Part shown: positions 17,704 through 26,520 of the stretch, piece after piece | Layout of the letters: each line of letters starts with the position of its first letter | How positions within the stretch are numbered: the stretch's first letter is position 1 | Assembly: GCA_039811685.1 (NCBI GenBank) | Contig: JBDHZC010000005.1 | Span: 1 to 64,000 of the forward strand | Source of the DNA: Armatimonadota bacterium | GTDB lineage: Bacteria > Armatimonadota > UBA5829 > DSUL01 | Length of the DNA: 64,000 nt | Direction: 5' to 3' | Notes under the pieces: generated by a model | Told to the model about the DNA's origin: nothing | What the model saw: only the letters and a program-made list of their open reading frames with translations | Database searches by the model: none | Made by a program: the position numbers and the translations under genes

Positions 17704-19521
17704 ATGAACGCATTGTATCTGCTGCTGATCTCGCTGCTGGCGCTCGGGCTGGCCTACCGCTATTACGCTTCATTTCTTGCTGCGAAAGTGGCGGTTGCCG
17801 ACGCGAGCCGCCAGACTCCGGCCTATGAGTTCCGGGATGGCCGGGACTACCACCCCACTAACAAGATAATCCTGTTCGGTCATCATTTTGCGGCCATCGC
17901 CGGGGCGGGCCCGCTCATCGGGCCGGTGCTGGCGGCTCAGTACGGGTATCTGCCGGGAGCGATCTGGATTCTGGTGGGGGCAATTTTCGCAGGGTGCGTG
18001 CACGACTACATTCTGCTCCACGCCTCCGTACGTAACGGTGGGAAATCCCTCTCCTGCATCGCCCAGAAGTACCTGGGGACGACTGCGGGGTGGTGCACTG
18101 CGCTGGCGATTCTCTTTGTCATTGTGGTTGCGCTCGCGGGACTGGCCATAGTCGTTGTCAACGCGCTCAAAGAGAGCTCCTGGGCGACCTTTACGCTGCT
18201 CTGCACTGTGCCCATCGCCTTTTTGATGGGGCAGTGGCTGTACAAAATTCGCCCTGGCAAGGTGGCGGAGGTCTCAGCGATCGGCGTGGTGCTGCTGCTT
18301 CTTGCGGTCGGTTTCGGCGGCCCGGTAGCCAGCTCTGATTTTGGACGGTATTTCGTCTTTGACGAGAAGCAGATCAAGGTGGGTCTGGCGGTTTATGGAT
18401 TCGTCGCCGCGGTGCTTCCTGTGTGGATGCTTCTATGTCCGCGCGACTATCTCTCCACTTATCTGAAGCTCGGAACGGTTGCGCTGCTGGCGGTCGGTCT
18501 GGTGTTCGTGCATCCGGAGCTGCGCATGCCTGCGACAACGCAGTTTATGAGTGGTGGCGGGCCAGTAATTCCCGGGCCAGTTTGGCCCTATGTCACAATT
18601 ACGATTATGTGCGGCGCTATTTCAGGATTTCACTCCCTCATCGTCAGTGGCACGACGCCAAAGATGCTCAACTCAGAGTCGGAGATGAAGTTCATCGGTT
18701 ACGGGGCGATGGCTGTCGAAGGCTTTGTTGCCGTGCTTGCGCTTATTGCGGCCTGCGTTCTGTTCCAGGGCGATTATTTCGCTATCTCCGCCAGCCCGGA
18801 GAAATGGGCGGCGCTGAAGATGCAGACGGTGCAGCTTGACTCGCTTTCCAAAGCCATTCAGGAAAACCTTATGCACCGCCCGGGCGGGTCTGTTACGCTG
18901 GCGGTGGGGATGGCATCGGTCTTCTCTGGAATCCCCGGGATGAAGGCGCTGATGGCCTACTGGTATCACTTCGCCATTATGTTCGAAGCGCTTTTTATCC
19001 TGACTACTATTGACACCGGCACGCGCGTCGCCCGGTTCATCCTTCAGGAGATGGTGGGGGTGGCTTACAAGCCCTTCGGCCGCACCAACTGGATGCCAGG
19101 AGTGATAGTCTCAAGCGCTCTGATATGCGTCGCATGGGGAGGTCTGCTCTACGGCGGCTCTATCAGCACAATCTGGCCGATGTTCGGGCTGGCGAACCAG
19201 CTTCTAGCGGCTCTGGGACTTGCGATAGGAACATCTTACATTCTGCAGACATCGGCAAAGCGGGTCTATGCGCTCACCACACTCCTTCCGTTCGTCCTGC
19301 TGGTGGTCACCACGTACGTGGCCGGCATCAAAAATATACAGGACTATCTGGCAAAAGCAGCCGATCCGGCGTTGTCCTTCACGATGTACACAAATACAGC
19401 GCTCTCGGTAGCTATGCTGGCGCTGAGCACTGTCATTGTCATCATAACCGTTCGCGACTGGATGATCCGCCGGCCGGCGCCGGCGCCGGATCAGAGCGCG
19501 GAAGTGGCATCCGTGGCGTAG
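17704..19521 (+). CDS. cstA: Carbon starvation protein A (CstA-family transporter)
   Basis: 'DGRDYHPT', 'GHHFAAIAGAGPLIGP', 'CGAISGFHS', 'FEALFILTTIDTGTR', 'WPMFGLANQLL'. Confidence 0.95.
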   Translation: MNALYLLLISLLALGLAYRYYASFLAAKVAVADASRQTPAYEFRDGRDYHPTNKIILFGHHFAAIAGAGPLIGPVLAAQYGYLPGAIWILVGAIFAGCVHDYILLHASVRNGGKSLSCIAQKYLGTTAGWCTALAILFVIVVALAGLAIVVVNALKESSWATFTLLCTVPIAFLMGQWLYKIRPGKVAEVSAIGVVLLLLAVGFGGPVASSDFGRYFVFDEKQIKVGLAVYGFVAAVLPVWMLLCPRDYLSTYLKLGTVALLAVGLVFVHPELRMPATTQFMSGGGPVIPGPVWPYVTITIMCGAISGFHSLIVSGTTPKMLNSESEMKFIGYGAMAVEGFVAVLALIAACVLFQGDYFAISASPEKWAALKMQTVQLDSLSKAIQENLMHRPGGSVTLAVGMASVFSGIPGMKALMAYWYHFAIMFEALFILTTIDTGTRVARFILQEMVGVAYKPFGRTNWMPGVIVSSALICVAWGGLLYGGSISTIWPMFGLANQLLAALGLAIGTSYILQTSAKRVYALTTLLPFVLLVVTTYVAGIKNIQDYLAKAADPALSFTMYTNTALSVAMLALSTVIVIITVRDWMIRRPAPAPDQSAEVASVA

Positions 19522-19523
19522 AG

Positions 19524-19907
19524 ATGGGCAGTGATAGCATGAGCGCTCAAAGTGGCGGCCTTTCCTTCACCCGGGAAGCTGAGAGGCTGTGCGCGCGCCA
19601 GGCGAAGGGACGCGCTGTCGTTCTGGAGTTTCGCGAACTCTCTCCGGCGGGTTGCTGCTCAGTGGGCGCGATGGTGCGGGTGGGCTGGCGCTCAGTCGCT
19701 GCGGCTGGCTCAGATCCTGACCTGACGCGGTGGGGTGAGGTTGATGGCGTGCCGGTGCTCGTGCATCACGTAGTGCGCCGTTTTCTGGCAGATCATCAGG
19801 CCAGGGTCTGCGCTCGCGCGTTTGGCCCTTTTCGCTGGCTGGCACTAGAAAGCGAAAAAGACCCGGCCATGTGGTGTTTCTTTGGCGATGGCGCTGTGGG
19901 CGGGTAG
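19524..19907 (+). CDS. Small hypothetical protein with GCC motif (HesB/Fe-S-biogenesis-like layout)
   Basis: ATG 2 nt after the cstA stop (alternative start 19539); 'LSFTREA...GCC...GEVDGVPVLVH'. Confidence 0.55.
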   Translation: MGSDSMSAQSGGLSFTREAERLCARQAKGRAVVLEFRELSPAGCCSVGAMVRVGWRSVAAAGSDPDLTRWGEVDGVPVLVHHVVRRFLADHQARVCARAFGPFRWLALESEKDPAMWCFFGDGAVGG

Positions 19908-19928
19908 ATTCCGTCCTGTCCGGCAGCT

Positions 19929-20798
19929 CTAGAAAACGACTTTGTTCAGCGGGTACTCCACGATACCCTTAGCTCCGGCTCTGACGAGTTCCGGAATCAG
20001 ATCGCGCACCTGCCTGTCGCTCAATACCGTTTCCACCGCCACCCAGTTTTCATCGGCCAGTGCGGAGAGCGTGGGGTTCTGAAGCGCAGGCAGGATGGAT
20101 GTAATCGCCTCCAGCCGGGCTTTCTCCACGTTCATCTTCAACCCGACCAGACCATCCGCCTGAATAGCCCCCACCAGCAGCACCGCCATGTTCTCGATCT
20201 TCGTGCGCTTCCAGTCGTCCATCCACGCTTCCTGTCCGCAGACCAGTCGCGGCGTAGAGGTCAGAAGCTGCTCTATGATCGCCAGGTTGTGCGCCCGCAG
20301 AGAGGATCCAGTCTCTGTGTTGACCACCACTGCGTCTGCCAGATCCGGCACCTTCATCTCGCATGCTCCCCAGGAAAACTCAACCTGCGCGCTCACGCCC
20401 TGCTGCTGTAGCCAGCGTTTCGTCAGGCGCACGTATTCGGTGGAGATGCGCTTATCCTGGAGGTCTTTCGCGCTCTTGACAGGTGAGTCGTTCTTAGCCG
20501 CCAGCACGATGCGAATGGGAGTCATGCTGGTCTTGGCATAGCGCAGGTCGGCGACTTCGCGCGCCTCCAGCCCGCAGTCCTCAATCCAGTCCTTGCCTGT
20601 GATTCCCGCGTCAATATAGCCGTCCTGCAGGTAGCGGGGAATCTCCTGCGGGCGGATGAGAAGGGGTTCGATCTCGTCGTCATCAATGACGGGGTGATAG
20701 CTGCGGGAATCTACGCGGACGCGCCATCCGGCGCGGTCAAACATCTGAAAAGTTGCTTCCTGAAGGCTGCCTTTGGGCAGGCCGAGCTTGAGTTTCAA
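19929..20798 (-). CDS. hisG: ATP phosphoribosyltransferase (long form)
   Basis: 'LGLPKGSL', 'RPQEIP', 'GITGKDW', 'ETGSSLRAHNL', C-terminal regulatory domain. Confidence 0.95.
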   Translation of the reverse strand: MKLKLGLPKGSLQEATFQMFDRAGWRVRVDSRSYHPVIDDDEIEPLLIRPQEIPRYLQDGYIDAGITGKDWIEDCGLEAREVADLRYAKTSMTPIRIVLAAKNDSPVKSAKDLQDKRISTEYVRLTKRWLQQQGVSAQVEFSWGACEMKVPDLADAVVVNTETGSSLRAHNLAIIEQLLTSTPRLVCGQEAWMDDWKRTKIENMAVLLVGAIQADGLVGLKMNVEKARLEAITSILPALQNPTLSALADENWVAVETVLSDRQVRDLIPELVRAGAKGIVEYPLNKVVF

Positions 20799-20970
20799 AA
20801 GGCTCCTCGTTTGTCTAATAGTCTCCTCCCGATTATAGCGGCCTCCTGCGCGCCCCTGCCACGACTGCCCGGAGACCGCTGCCGGACATTTTCTGTCATC
20901 TTATGGAATGACATATCGCGCGCCGTGTCGTAGCATACAGCTATAAGCACCAATGGAGGCCTAATAAACC

Positions 20971-22272
20971 ATGCCCAGACGACAGTTTTTGCTCGACGAA
21001 GACCAGATTCCAACACGTTGGTACAACATTGTGGCGGACATGAAAGAGCCGCCACCTCCGCCGCTCAACCCCGCGACCAAAGAGCCGATAGGCCCGGAGG
21101 CTCTGGCTCCGATCTTCCCGATGGAGATCATCAAGCAGGAAGTCAGCCCGGAGCGCTTTATCGATATCCCGGAGGAGGTCCGCGACATCTACAAGATCTG
21201 GCGGCCGACTCCGCTGTACCGCGCGACCCGGCTGGAAAAGGCGCTGGATACTCCTGCGAAGATTTACTACAAGTACGAAGGCACCAATCCGTCCGGCAGC
21301 CACAAGCCTAACACCGCTATCGCCCAGGCGTACTACAACAAAAAAGAGGGCACCCGGCGGATTTCCACAGAGACCGGCGCCGGGCAGTGGGGTTCCGCGC
21401 TTTCCATGGCCTGCAAGATATTCGGGATGGAGTGCACGGTTTATATGGTGCGGGTGAGCTTCGACCAGAAGCCGTATCGCAAAATCCTTATGCAGACTTT
21501 CGGCGCTGAGGTTTTTGCGAGTCCGAGCAATCACACGGAGTACGGCCGCAAAGTGCTGGCTGAAGATCCGGACTGCCCCGGCTCTCTGGGAATCGCCATC
21601 AGTGAGGCCATTGAAGACGCCGCCACCCACGACGACGTCAAGTACTCACTGGGCAGCGTCCTGAACCACGTCTGTCTGCACCAGACGGTCATCGGCGAAG
21701 AGGTGCGCCAGCAAATGGAGATGGCCGGGGAGTTTCCGGACATTGTCATCGGCTGCTGCGGCGGCGGAAGCAACTTCGCCGGATTCGCCTTTCCCTTCAT
21801 GCGCGACAAGCTGACCGGCGCAAAGCCCGATCTGCGCTTTATCGGAGCGGAGCCGGCGTCGTGCCCATCCATCACAGAAGGCCGCTACGAGTACGACTTT
21901 GGCGACACGGCCGGAATGACGCCGCTCATGAAGATGAAGACACTGGGGCACGACTTTGTGCCACCGTCCATTCACGCGGGCGGGCTGCGCTATCACGGGA
22001 TGAGCCCCATCATCTCAGCGCTTTATGAGCAGGGCTTTATGGAAGCGCAAAGCGCCACGCAGAAAGAGATATTCGATGCGGGAGTGGAGTTTGCCCACAA
22101 CGAAGGCATCCTCCCAGCGCCGGAGTCCAACCACGCCATCGCCGTCGCCCGGCGCGAAGCGATCAAGTGCAAGGAGGCGGGGCAGAGCAAGGTCATCTGC
22201 TTCAATCTTTCCGGCCACGGAATGCTCGATCTCTCCGCTTACGACGCTTACAACAGCGGAAGTATGGGCTAA
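20971..22272 (+). CDS. trpB2: Tryptophan synthase beta chain, TrpB2 type
   Basis: 'WYNI', 'WRPTPL', 'GSHKPN', 'ETGAGQWG', 'HAGGLRYHG', 'NLSGHG'. Confidence 0.95.
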   Translation: MPRRQFLLDEDQIPTRWYNIVADMKEPPPPPLNPATKEPIGPEALAPIFPMEIIKQEVSPERFIDIPEEVRDIYKIWRPTPLYRATRLEKALDTPAKIYYKYEGTNPSGSHKPNTAIAQAYYNKKEGTRRISTETGAGQWGSALSMACKIFGMECTVYMVRVSFDQKPYRKILMQTFGAEVFASPSNHTEYGRKVLAEDPDCPGSLGIAISEAIEDAATHDDVKYSLGSVLNHVCLHQTVIGEEVRQQMEMAGEFPDIVIGCCGGGSNFAGFAFPFMRDKLTGAKPDLRFIGAEPASCPSITEGRYEYDFGDTAGMTPLMKMKTLGHDFVPPSIHAGGLRYHGMSPIISALYEQGFMEAQSATQKEIFDAGVEFAHNEGILPAPESNHAIAVARREAIKCKEAGQSKVICFNLSGHGMLDLSAYDAYNSGSMG

Positions 22273-22290
22273 AAGCGTCCTTTTTCGTGG

Positions 22291-22331
22291 GCGCCTGGCG
22301 GGTCTTTCCAGATCTGCCAGGCGCTTTTTTT
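22291..22331 (+). terminator. Rho-independent terminator
   Basis: gcgcctggc...gccaggcgc stem followed by a T run, just after trpB2. Confidence 0.75.
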
Positions 22332-22388
22332 CTGCGCCATGGTGGCCTGCTCTCTCAGACGAGTTATTGACGCCGACAAAGAGCAGTC

Positions 22389-23474
22389 CTACAGATCAGA
22401 CGTCGAGGCGTCAGGCAACCAGCAAATTGGGGGCTGGTATTCATCGTCAGGTGGCCCAGTGGGTGGCGGCTCTGGAGGCTGTTTAGTCGGTACGCCCTTG
22501 AACAGAGCGCGGTCAATAGCTGGTATTTTCTTTGTCCAGTTCTCCTCTATGCCCTGACTGAGCGCGCTCTCCATTTCTCTGCCCATCAACTGCATCTTCG
22601 AGTCCAGGTCCTCAATATAGTGGACTACCACAGCTTCCCTGAAGGCCGGGAGAACAGGTGAGCCAAACTCGTGCTTTCCGTGGTGGCTGAGAATGATGTG
22701 CGTGATCAGGGTTCGCCAGAGAGGATCAAAGTCCGGAATGGCGTCCATCAGGCGGTTGACCAGAATCGCGCCCTGCGTGATGTGTCCCAGCAACTGCCCG
22801 CTGTCCTTGTAGCGGAAGGTGCTGTGGAAGCTGAGCTCCTCCGTCTTGCCAATGTCGTGCAAAATCACGCCGGCAAGCAGCAGGTCGCGGTTAAGCTCCG
22901 GATAGTGCTGCGCCATGAACTCCGCTATCTGTACAACAGAAAGCGTGTGTTCCAGCAGCCCTCCCAGATAGGCGTGGTGGTAGCGGACAGCGGCGGGCGC
23001 CATGGCGAACTTGCGGCCGAGCTCTGTGTCACCGGTGGCCTCTTCCAGCAGTGTGCGCACCTGCGGATTTTCAATGCTCTCAACGCAAGCGCGCATCTCT
23101 CCCACCATCTCATCGCGGTCGCGAGGCGACACCAGCAAAAAGTCTGCCGGGTCCACCTCCTGCTCTGGCACAGACAGGCGGTCCACCTTGATTTGAAGAT
23201 TTCCCTGATAGGTATCCACCCGCCCACGCACCTGCACGTAGGAAGCTACTCTCGCCAACTGCTGGTCGTACGGGCTGGCCGCCCATTTTACCGCTTCGAT
23301 TACGCCCGTGCGATCCTGCAGCTTCATGCGCAGGAACATAGAGTCGTCACGGGCGGTGCCCACCGTGCACTCCTGGACAAGAAACACGTCCGACACCGGA
23401 CTCGAAGCGCTCAGGTCGCTGACCCAGATATTCTTCACGAGAAGCTCCTTTCCACAGCACAGTGTAGTGGACAC
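22389..23474 (-). CDS. yhaM: YhaM/Cbf1 family 3'-5' exoribonuclease (OB + HD domains)
   Basis: 'LQDRTG' OB fold; 'PAAVRYHHAYLGGLLEH', 'LHDIGK', 'SHHG..EFGSP'; true start may be the GTG near 23438. Confidence 0.88.
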   Translation of the reverse strand: MSTTLCCGKELLVKNIWVSDLSASSPVSDVFLVQECTVGTARDDSMFLRMKLQDRTGVIEAVKWAASPYDQQLARVASYVQVRGRVDTYQGNLQIKVDRLSVPEQEVDPADFLLVSPRDRDEMVGEMRACVESIENPQVRTLLEEATGDTELGRKFAMAPAAVRYHHAYLGGLLEHTLSVVQIAEFMAQHYPELNRDLLLAGVILHDIGKTEELSFHSTFRYKDSGQLLGHITQGAILVNRLMDAIPDFDPLWRTLITHIILSHHGKHEFGSPVLPAFREAVVVHYIEDLDSKMQLMGREMESALSQGIEENWTKKIPAIDRALFKGVPTKQPPEPPPTGPPDDEYQPPICWLPDASTSDL

Positions 23475-23559
23475 CGGGGCGTCTGGTCAATGGCCGCCGC
23501 GTTCCAACTTCTCGATCACCTGGTCAAAAAGCACTCGCCTTTATCCCGCGTCTGCTGGA

Positions 23560-23590
23560 CCTCCAGGTTGGGCAACCTGGAGGGATGACG
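23560..23590 (-). repeat. Palindrome family A (CGTC-ATCCCTCCAGGTT-GCCC-AACCTGGAGG)
   Basis: Perfect 10-bp stem directly abutting the family C copy. Confidence 0.75.
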
Positions 23591-23686
23591 GCGTCCCCCT
23601 CATTTCGGGATTTCCAGGTTGGAGCCAGGATTGCCTGTCAATCCGAGAGTGCTCACGTCCAACCCTCAAATCCCGAAATACCTGAC
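23590..23686 (-). repeat. Hairpin family C, orphan RAYT upstream-end type including the RAYT RBS
   Basis: Direct repeat of 24607-24703 with conserved arms and a diverged loop. Confidence 0.85.
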
Positions 23687-23900
23687 TCTCCAGGCGCTGC
23701 CCTTCATCACCCAGTATGCACAAACGGTGGGTCTGGTCTGCCCAATCAATCCCAACGAAGTTCATCGTCTTCCCTTTCCTGGCGGCTGCTCTCGAGGCGT
23801 GATGCGTCCCTATATCGGTGCTCGAAGCACAACTCTCCATCGGTACTCACACTCATCTGCAAACGGACAGACCGCAGCGGGTGGTCAAAAGCCTCTGGGA
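23687..23900 (-). mobile_element. IS110-family remnant: upstream non-coding end plus first ~26 codons
   Basis: ATG 23765: MNFVGIDWADQTHRLCILGDEGQRL (GIDWA..H DEDD N-terminus), cut off at the family C hairpin; outer boundary approximate. Confidence 0.75.
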
Positions 23901-23972
23901 ATGACCGGTCCTGAATGCAGAAGCCGCCAAAACATAATGACATATAGGGAATGACAGACCCGTCATGCGTTA

Positions 23973-24053
23973 GGTGTTTCGGGATTTGAGGGTTGGACGT
24001 TGAGACTTGCAGAACTCCGGTAAGGTGGGGCTCCAACCCGGAAATCCCGAAAT
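23973..24053 (+). repeat. Hairpin family C downstream of RAYT
   Basis: tttcgggatttgagggttgga...tccaacccggaaatcccgaaa; inverted relative to 24619-24696. Confidence 0.88.
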
Positions 24054-24072
24054 CGTGGCCGAAGCGGGTGAC

Positions 24073-24606
24073 TCATTGCTCGAGTGGTATCACTGGTGGG
24101 CACACCTTTTCTCCTGTCTCGTAGAACCTCAGGCTCGAGAACGGCCAATCTATAGCATCCTGGACAAGCCCTCTGCGAACGGGATTCGCGTGGATGTAAT
24201 TCATCTTCTCCACGAGCTTTGCCTCCTCGAAGATCGCCAGCGTCCGTACCTGCTCCTTCCACGGCGCATAGTGGCAGCCGCCGTTGGCATGAGCCGCAAG
24301 CCGACTCAGCTCTGCAGTGTAACCAAGCTTCGCCAGAATCCGCGGAATGTGCCTGCCGGAGCGTCCACGCCAAGTCTTGTTGAAACGGTGGAGCAGGCCC
24401 GCGTCCGGCAGGCTGACCAGAAGATGAACGTGGGTAGGCATGATCACAAACGCCGCGAGCACGCCGCCGCACACGCGCAAAGCCTCTTCGATGTCAAGGC
24501 ACACCCGGATGCGCACTTCCGGGATATCCAGGAGCGGAAGCCACTCCGAGCAGGTGCCGGTGATGTAGTAGCAGCCTGCGCCAGCGTCGATGTTCTTCCA
24601 CTTCAA
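24073..24606 (-). CDS. REP-associated tyrosine transposase (RAYT/TnpA-REP, Y1 HUH)
   Basis: 'YYITGT', HUH 'IMPTHVHLL', catalytic 'KMNYIHANPVRRGLV', 'DWPFSS'; GAGGGGG RBS; flanked by inverted hairpins. Confidence 0.92.
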   Translation of the reverse strand: MKWKNIDAGAGCYYITGTCSEWLPLLDIPEVRIRVCLDIEEALRVCGGVLAAFVIMPTHVHLLVSLPDAGLLHRFNKTWRGRSGRHIPRILAKLGYTAELSRLAAHANGGCHYAPWKEQVRTLAIFEEAKLVEKMNYIHANPVRRGLVQDAIDWPFSSLRFYETGEKVCPPVIPLEQ

Positions 24607-24703
24607 GGCGTCCCCCTCATTTCGGGATTTCCAGGTTGGAGCCGTGACTCTCCAGCGATTTGACGGCTCTCACGTCCAACCTTCAAATCCCGAAATACCT
24701 GAC
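24607..24703 (-). repeat. Hairpin family C upstream of RAYT
   Basis: atttcgggatttccaggttgga...tccaaccttcaaatcccgaaat. Confidence 0.88.
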
Positions 24704-24749
24704 CGCGTCTGGGGCGAGGACAAACCCGCGGAGCCTGAAGCCGCAGTTT

Positions 24750-24781
24750 CATCCCTCCATGTTTCCGAACCTGGTGGGATG
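24750..24781 (+). repeat. Palindrome family A (imperfect)
   Basis: catccctccatgtttccgaacctggtgggatg. Confidence 0.65.
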
Positions 24782-25065
24782 GATAACTCCAGTCAGGGCT
24801 CGCCGGCAGCGGCTTTTACTGTCGCTGACGCGCAGTTGTCAACGTAACAATACGCCTGCCAACGCATCCCGTCAAGCTGATTTGTCGCACGGTTGTCCGC
24901 AGGAAAAGGACACTGCTTAGATCAAGCTCTTGCGGCGAGTCTTAAGGCAACGGGACAAGCGCCCGTTATAAACCGCCGTTTGCGTCTATGCGCCAGGGTG
25001 TGTAAGCTAAACTCAAGACTCCGCGCTCCGCCACAGCGGCGGCCGGTTTGCAGTGAGGAAGACTT

Positions 25066-26433
25066 TTGACACAGACAGCATCAGCGATTCCGGCGCTCGA
25101 AGAGCAGCTCAACTCCTTTGACGGCAAGGCCCGGCATGACGCGCTCATTCAGCTTCGCAAGCTGGCGGATGAAGGCGGCTTTGCCCTGCCCTCTTTGAAG
25201 GATGAGACGAACGCCCACATGCACTCCTTTTACAGCTACAACGCCCTCGGGTGGTCCCCGTCCCGCATCGCCTGGGAGTCCCGCAAGTACGGCCTGGAGG
25301 TCGCTGGCAAGGTGGAGTTCGACGTTCTGGACGGCACGGAGGAGTTTCTGAGCGCAGGGGAGATTCTGGGGCTCAAGACGGTGTGCAGCCTGGAAACCCG
25401 CGTATTTATCCGGGAGTACGCCGACAAAGTCATCAACTCCCCTGGAGAGCCGGGAATCGCTTACTTTATGACCGCCGGTGTCTACAGGCTCCCGGAGGCC
25501 CAAGCAGAAGCAGCGAACACTGCAAAGACCCTCTACACCATCGCCCGCACCCGCAACGAGGAGCTGATGGAGCGCGTCAATGCTCACCTTGCGCCCGTTA
25601 CGCTGGACTACAGGCGAGATGTGCTGCCGCTGACGCCGCAGGAGAACGCAACGGAGCGGCATCTGCTGGCTGCCTATGACGCAAAGGCGCGGGAAACCTA
25701 TCCACAGCCGGATGAGCTGGCCCGGTACTGGTCACAGAAGCTGGGCGTGGAGCAGAGCCAGGCGCGCTCACTGGTGGATAACCCTGTGAAGCTGCAGGAG
25801 ACGATGCGCGCAAAGCTGATGAAGAAGGGTGGAGTCGCCTATGTTCAGCCGGACAGCGGCAGCTTCCCAAGCGTTGAGACTGTAATCCGCTTCGCTCAGG
25901 AGATTGGCGCGATTCCGTGCGCAACGTGGCTGGACGGCACAAATCCGGGTGAGGACAATATGCTGGAGATGCTCTCCCTGCTGCAATCCAAAGGCGTCGC
26001 GATGGCCAACATCATCCCGGACCGCAACTGGCGAATTGCGGACCCGGAGGAGAAGGCGCTGAAGTTGAGAAAGCTGGAGGAGATGGTGCAGGCCTGCCGC
26101 GCGCTCGATATGCCGGTCATCGCGGGAACGGAGATGAACAAGCTGGGGCAGCCCTTTGTGGACGACTTCGCCGCTCCCGAGCTGCAGCCGTATGCGCAGG
26201 ACTTTATGGACGGCGCGCATTTCCTGTGGGGCCACACGCTGCTTGCGCGATATGCGGACTGCGGGTCCCACAGCCTGCCCATGCAACGCGCCTTCGGTGA
26301 CAGGCACGATGCGAAAAATCGGTTCTTTGCGCGAATGGGAGAGCTGCCGTTACGCCCAGTTGAAGAGATGCGGCGGCTTCGAGAGCTTGAGCCAGAGCCG
26401 GAGCGCCTCTACAACTGGCTCCGCGCGCATTAG
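25066..26433 (+). CDS. PHP-domain-like metal-binding protein, uncharacterised
   Basis: 'NAHMHSFYS' HxH motif, 'EFDVLDG', 'SLETRV', 'INSPGEPG', 'GTEMN'. Confidence 0.6.
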   Translation: MTQTASAIPALEEQLNSFDGKARHDALIQLRKLADEGGFALPSLKDETNAHMHSFYSYNALGWSPSRIAWESRKYGLEVAGKVEFDVLDGTEEFLSAGEILGLKTVCSLETRVFIREYADKVINSPGEPGIAYFMTAGVYRLPEAQAEAANTAKTLYTIARTRNEELMERVNAHLAPVTLDYRRDVLPLTPQENATERHLLAAYDAKARETYPQPDELARYWSQKLGVEQSQARSLVDNPVKLQETMRAKLMKKGGVAYVQPDSGSFPSVETVIRFAQEIGAIPCATWLDGTNPGEDNMLEMLSLLQSKGVAMANIIPDRNWRIADPEEKALKLRKLEEMVQACRALDMPVIAGTEMNKLGQPFVDDFAAPELQPYAQDFMDGAHFLWGHTLLARYADCGSHSLPMQRAFGDRHDAKNRFFARMGELPLRPVEEMRRLRELEPEPERLYNWLRAH

Positions 26434-26520
26434 CGATCAATCATTAGTTGCGCTGCGCGGATTGACCAACACTGTGGTTACACGATAAACTGGAGCAGTT
26501 TCGGAAAGGAAGTCTTCGGG

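Noticed and set aside
19125..19523. Long N-terminal extension of the ORF after cstA
   Set aside because: It overlaps cstA out of frame; an ATG lies just after the cstA stop.
23541..23840. 99-aa ORF as a functional IS110 transposase
   Set aside because: Only ~26 codons are IS110-like; the remainder is translated hairpin DNA.
23590..24703. Diversity-generating retroelement TR/VR pair
   Set aside because: Differences between repeat copies are not adenine-specific and no reverse transcriptase is seen.
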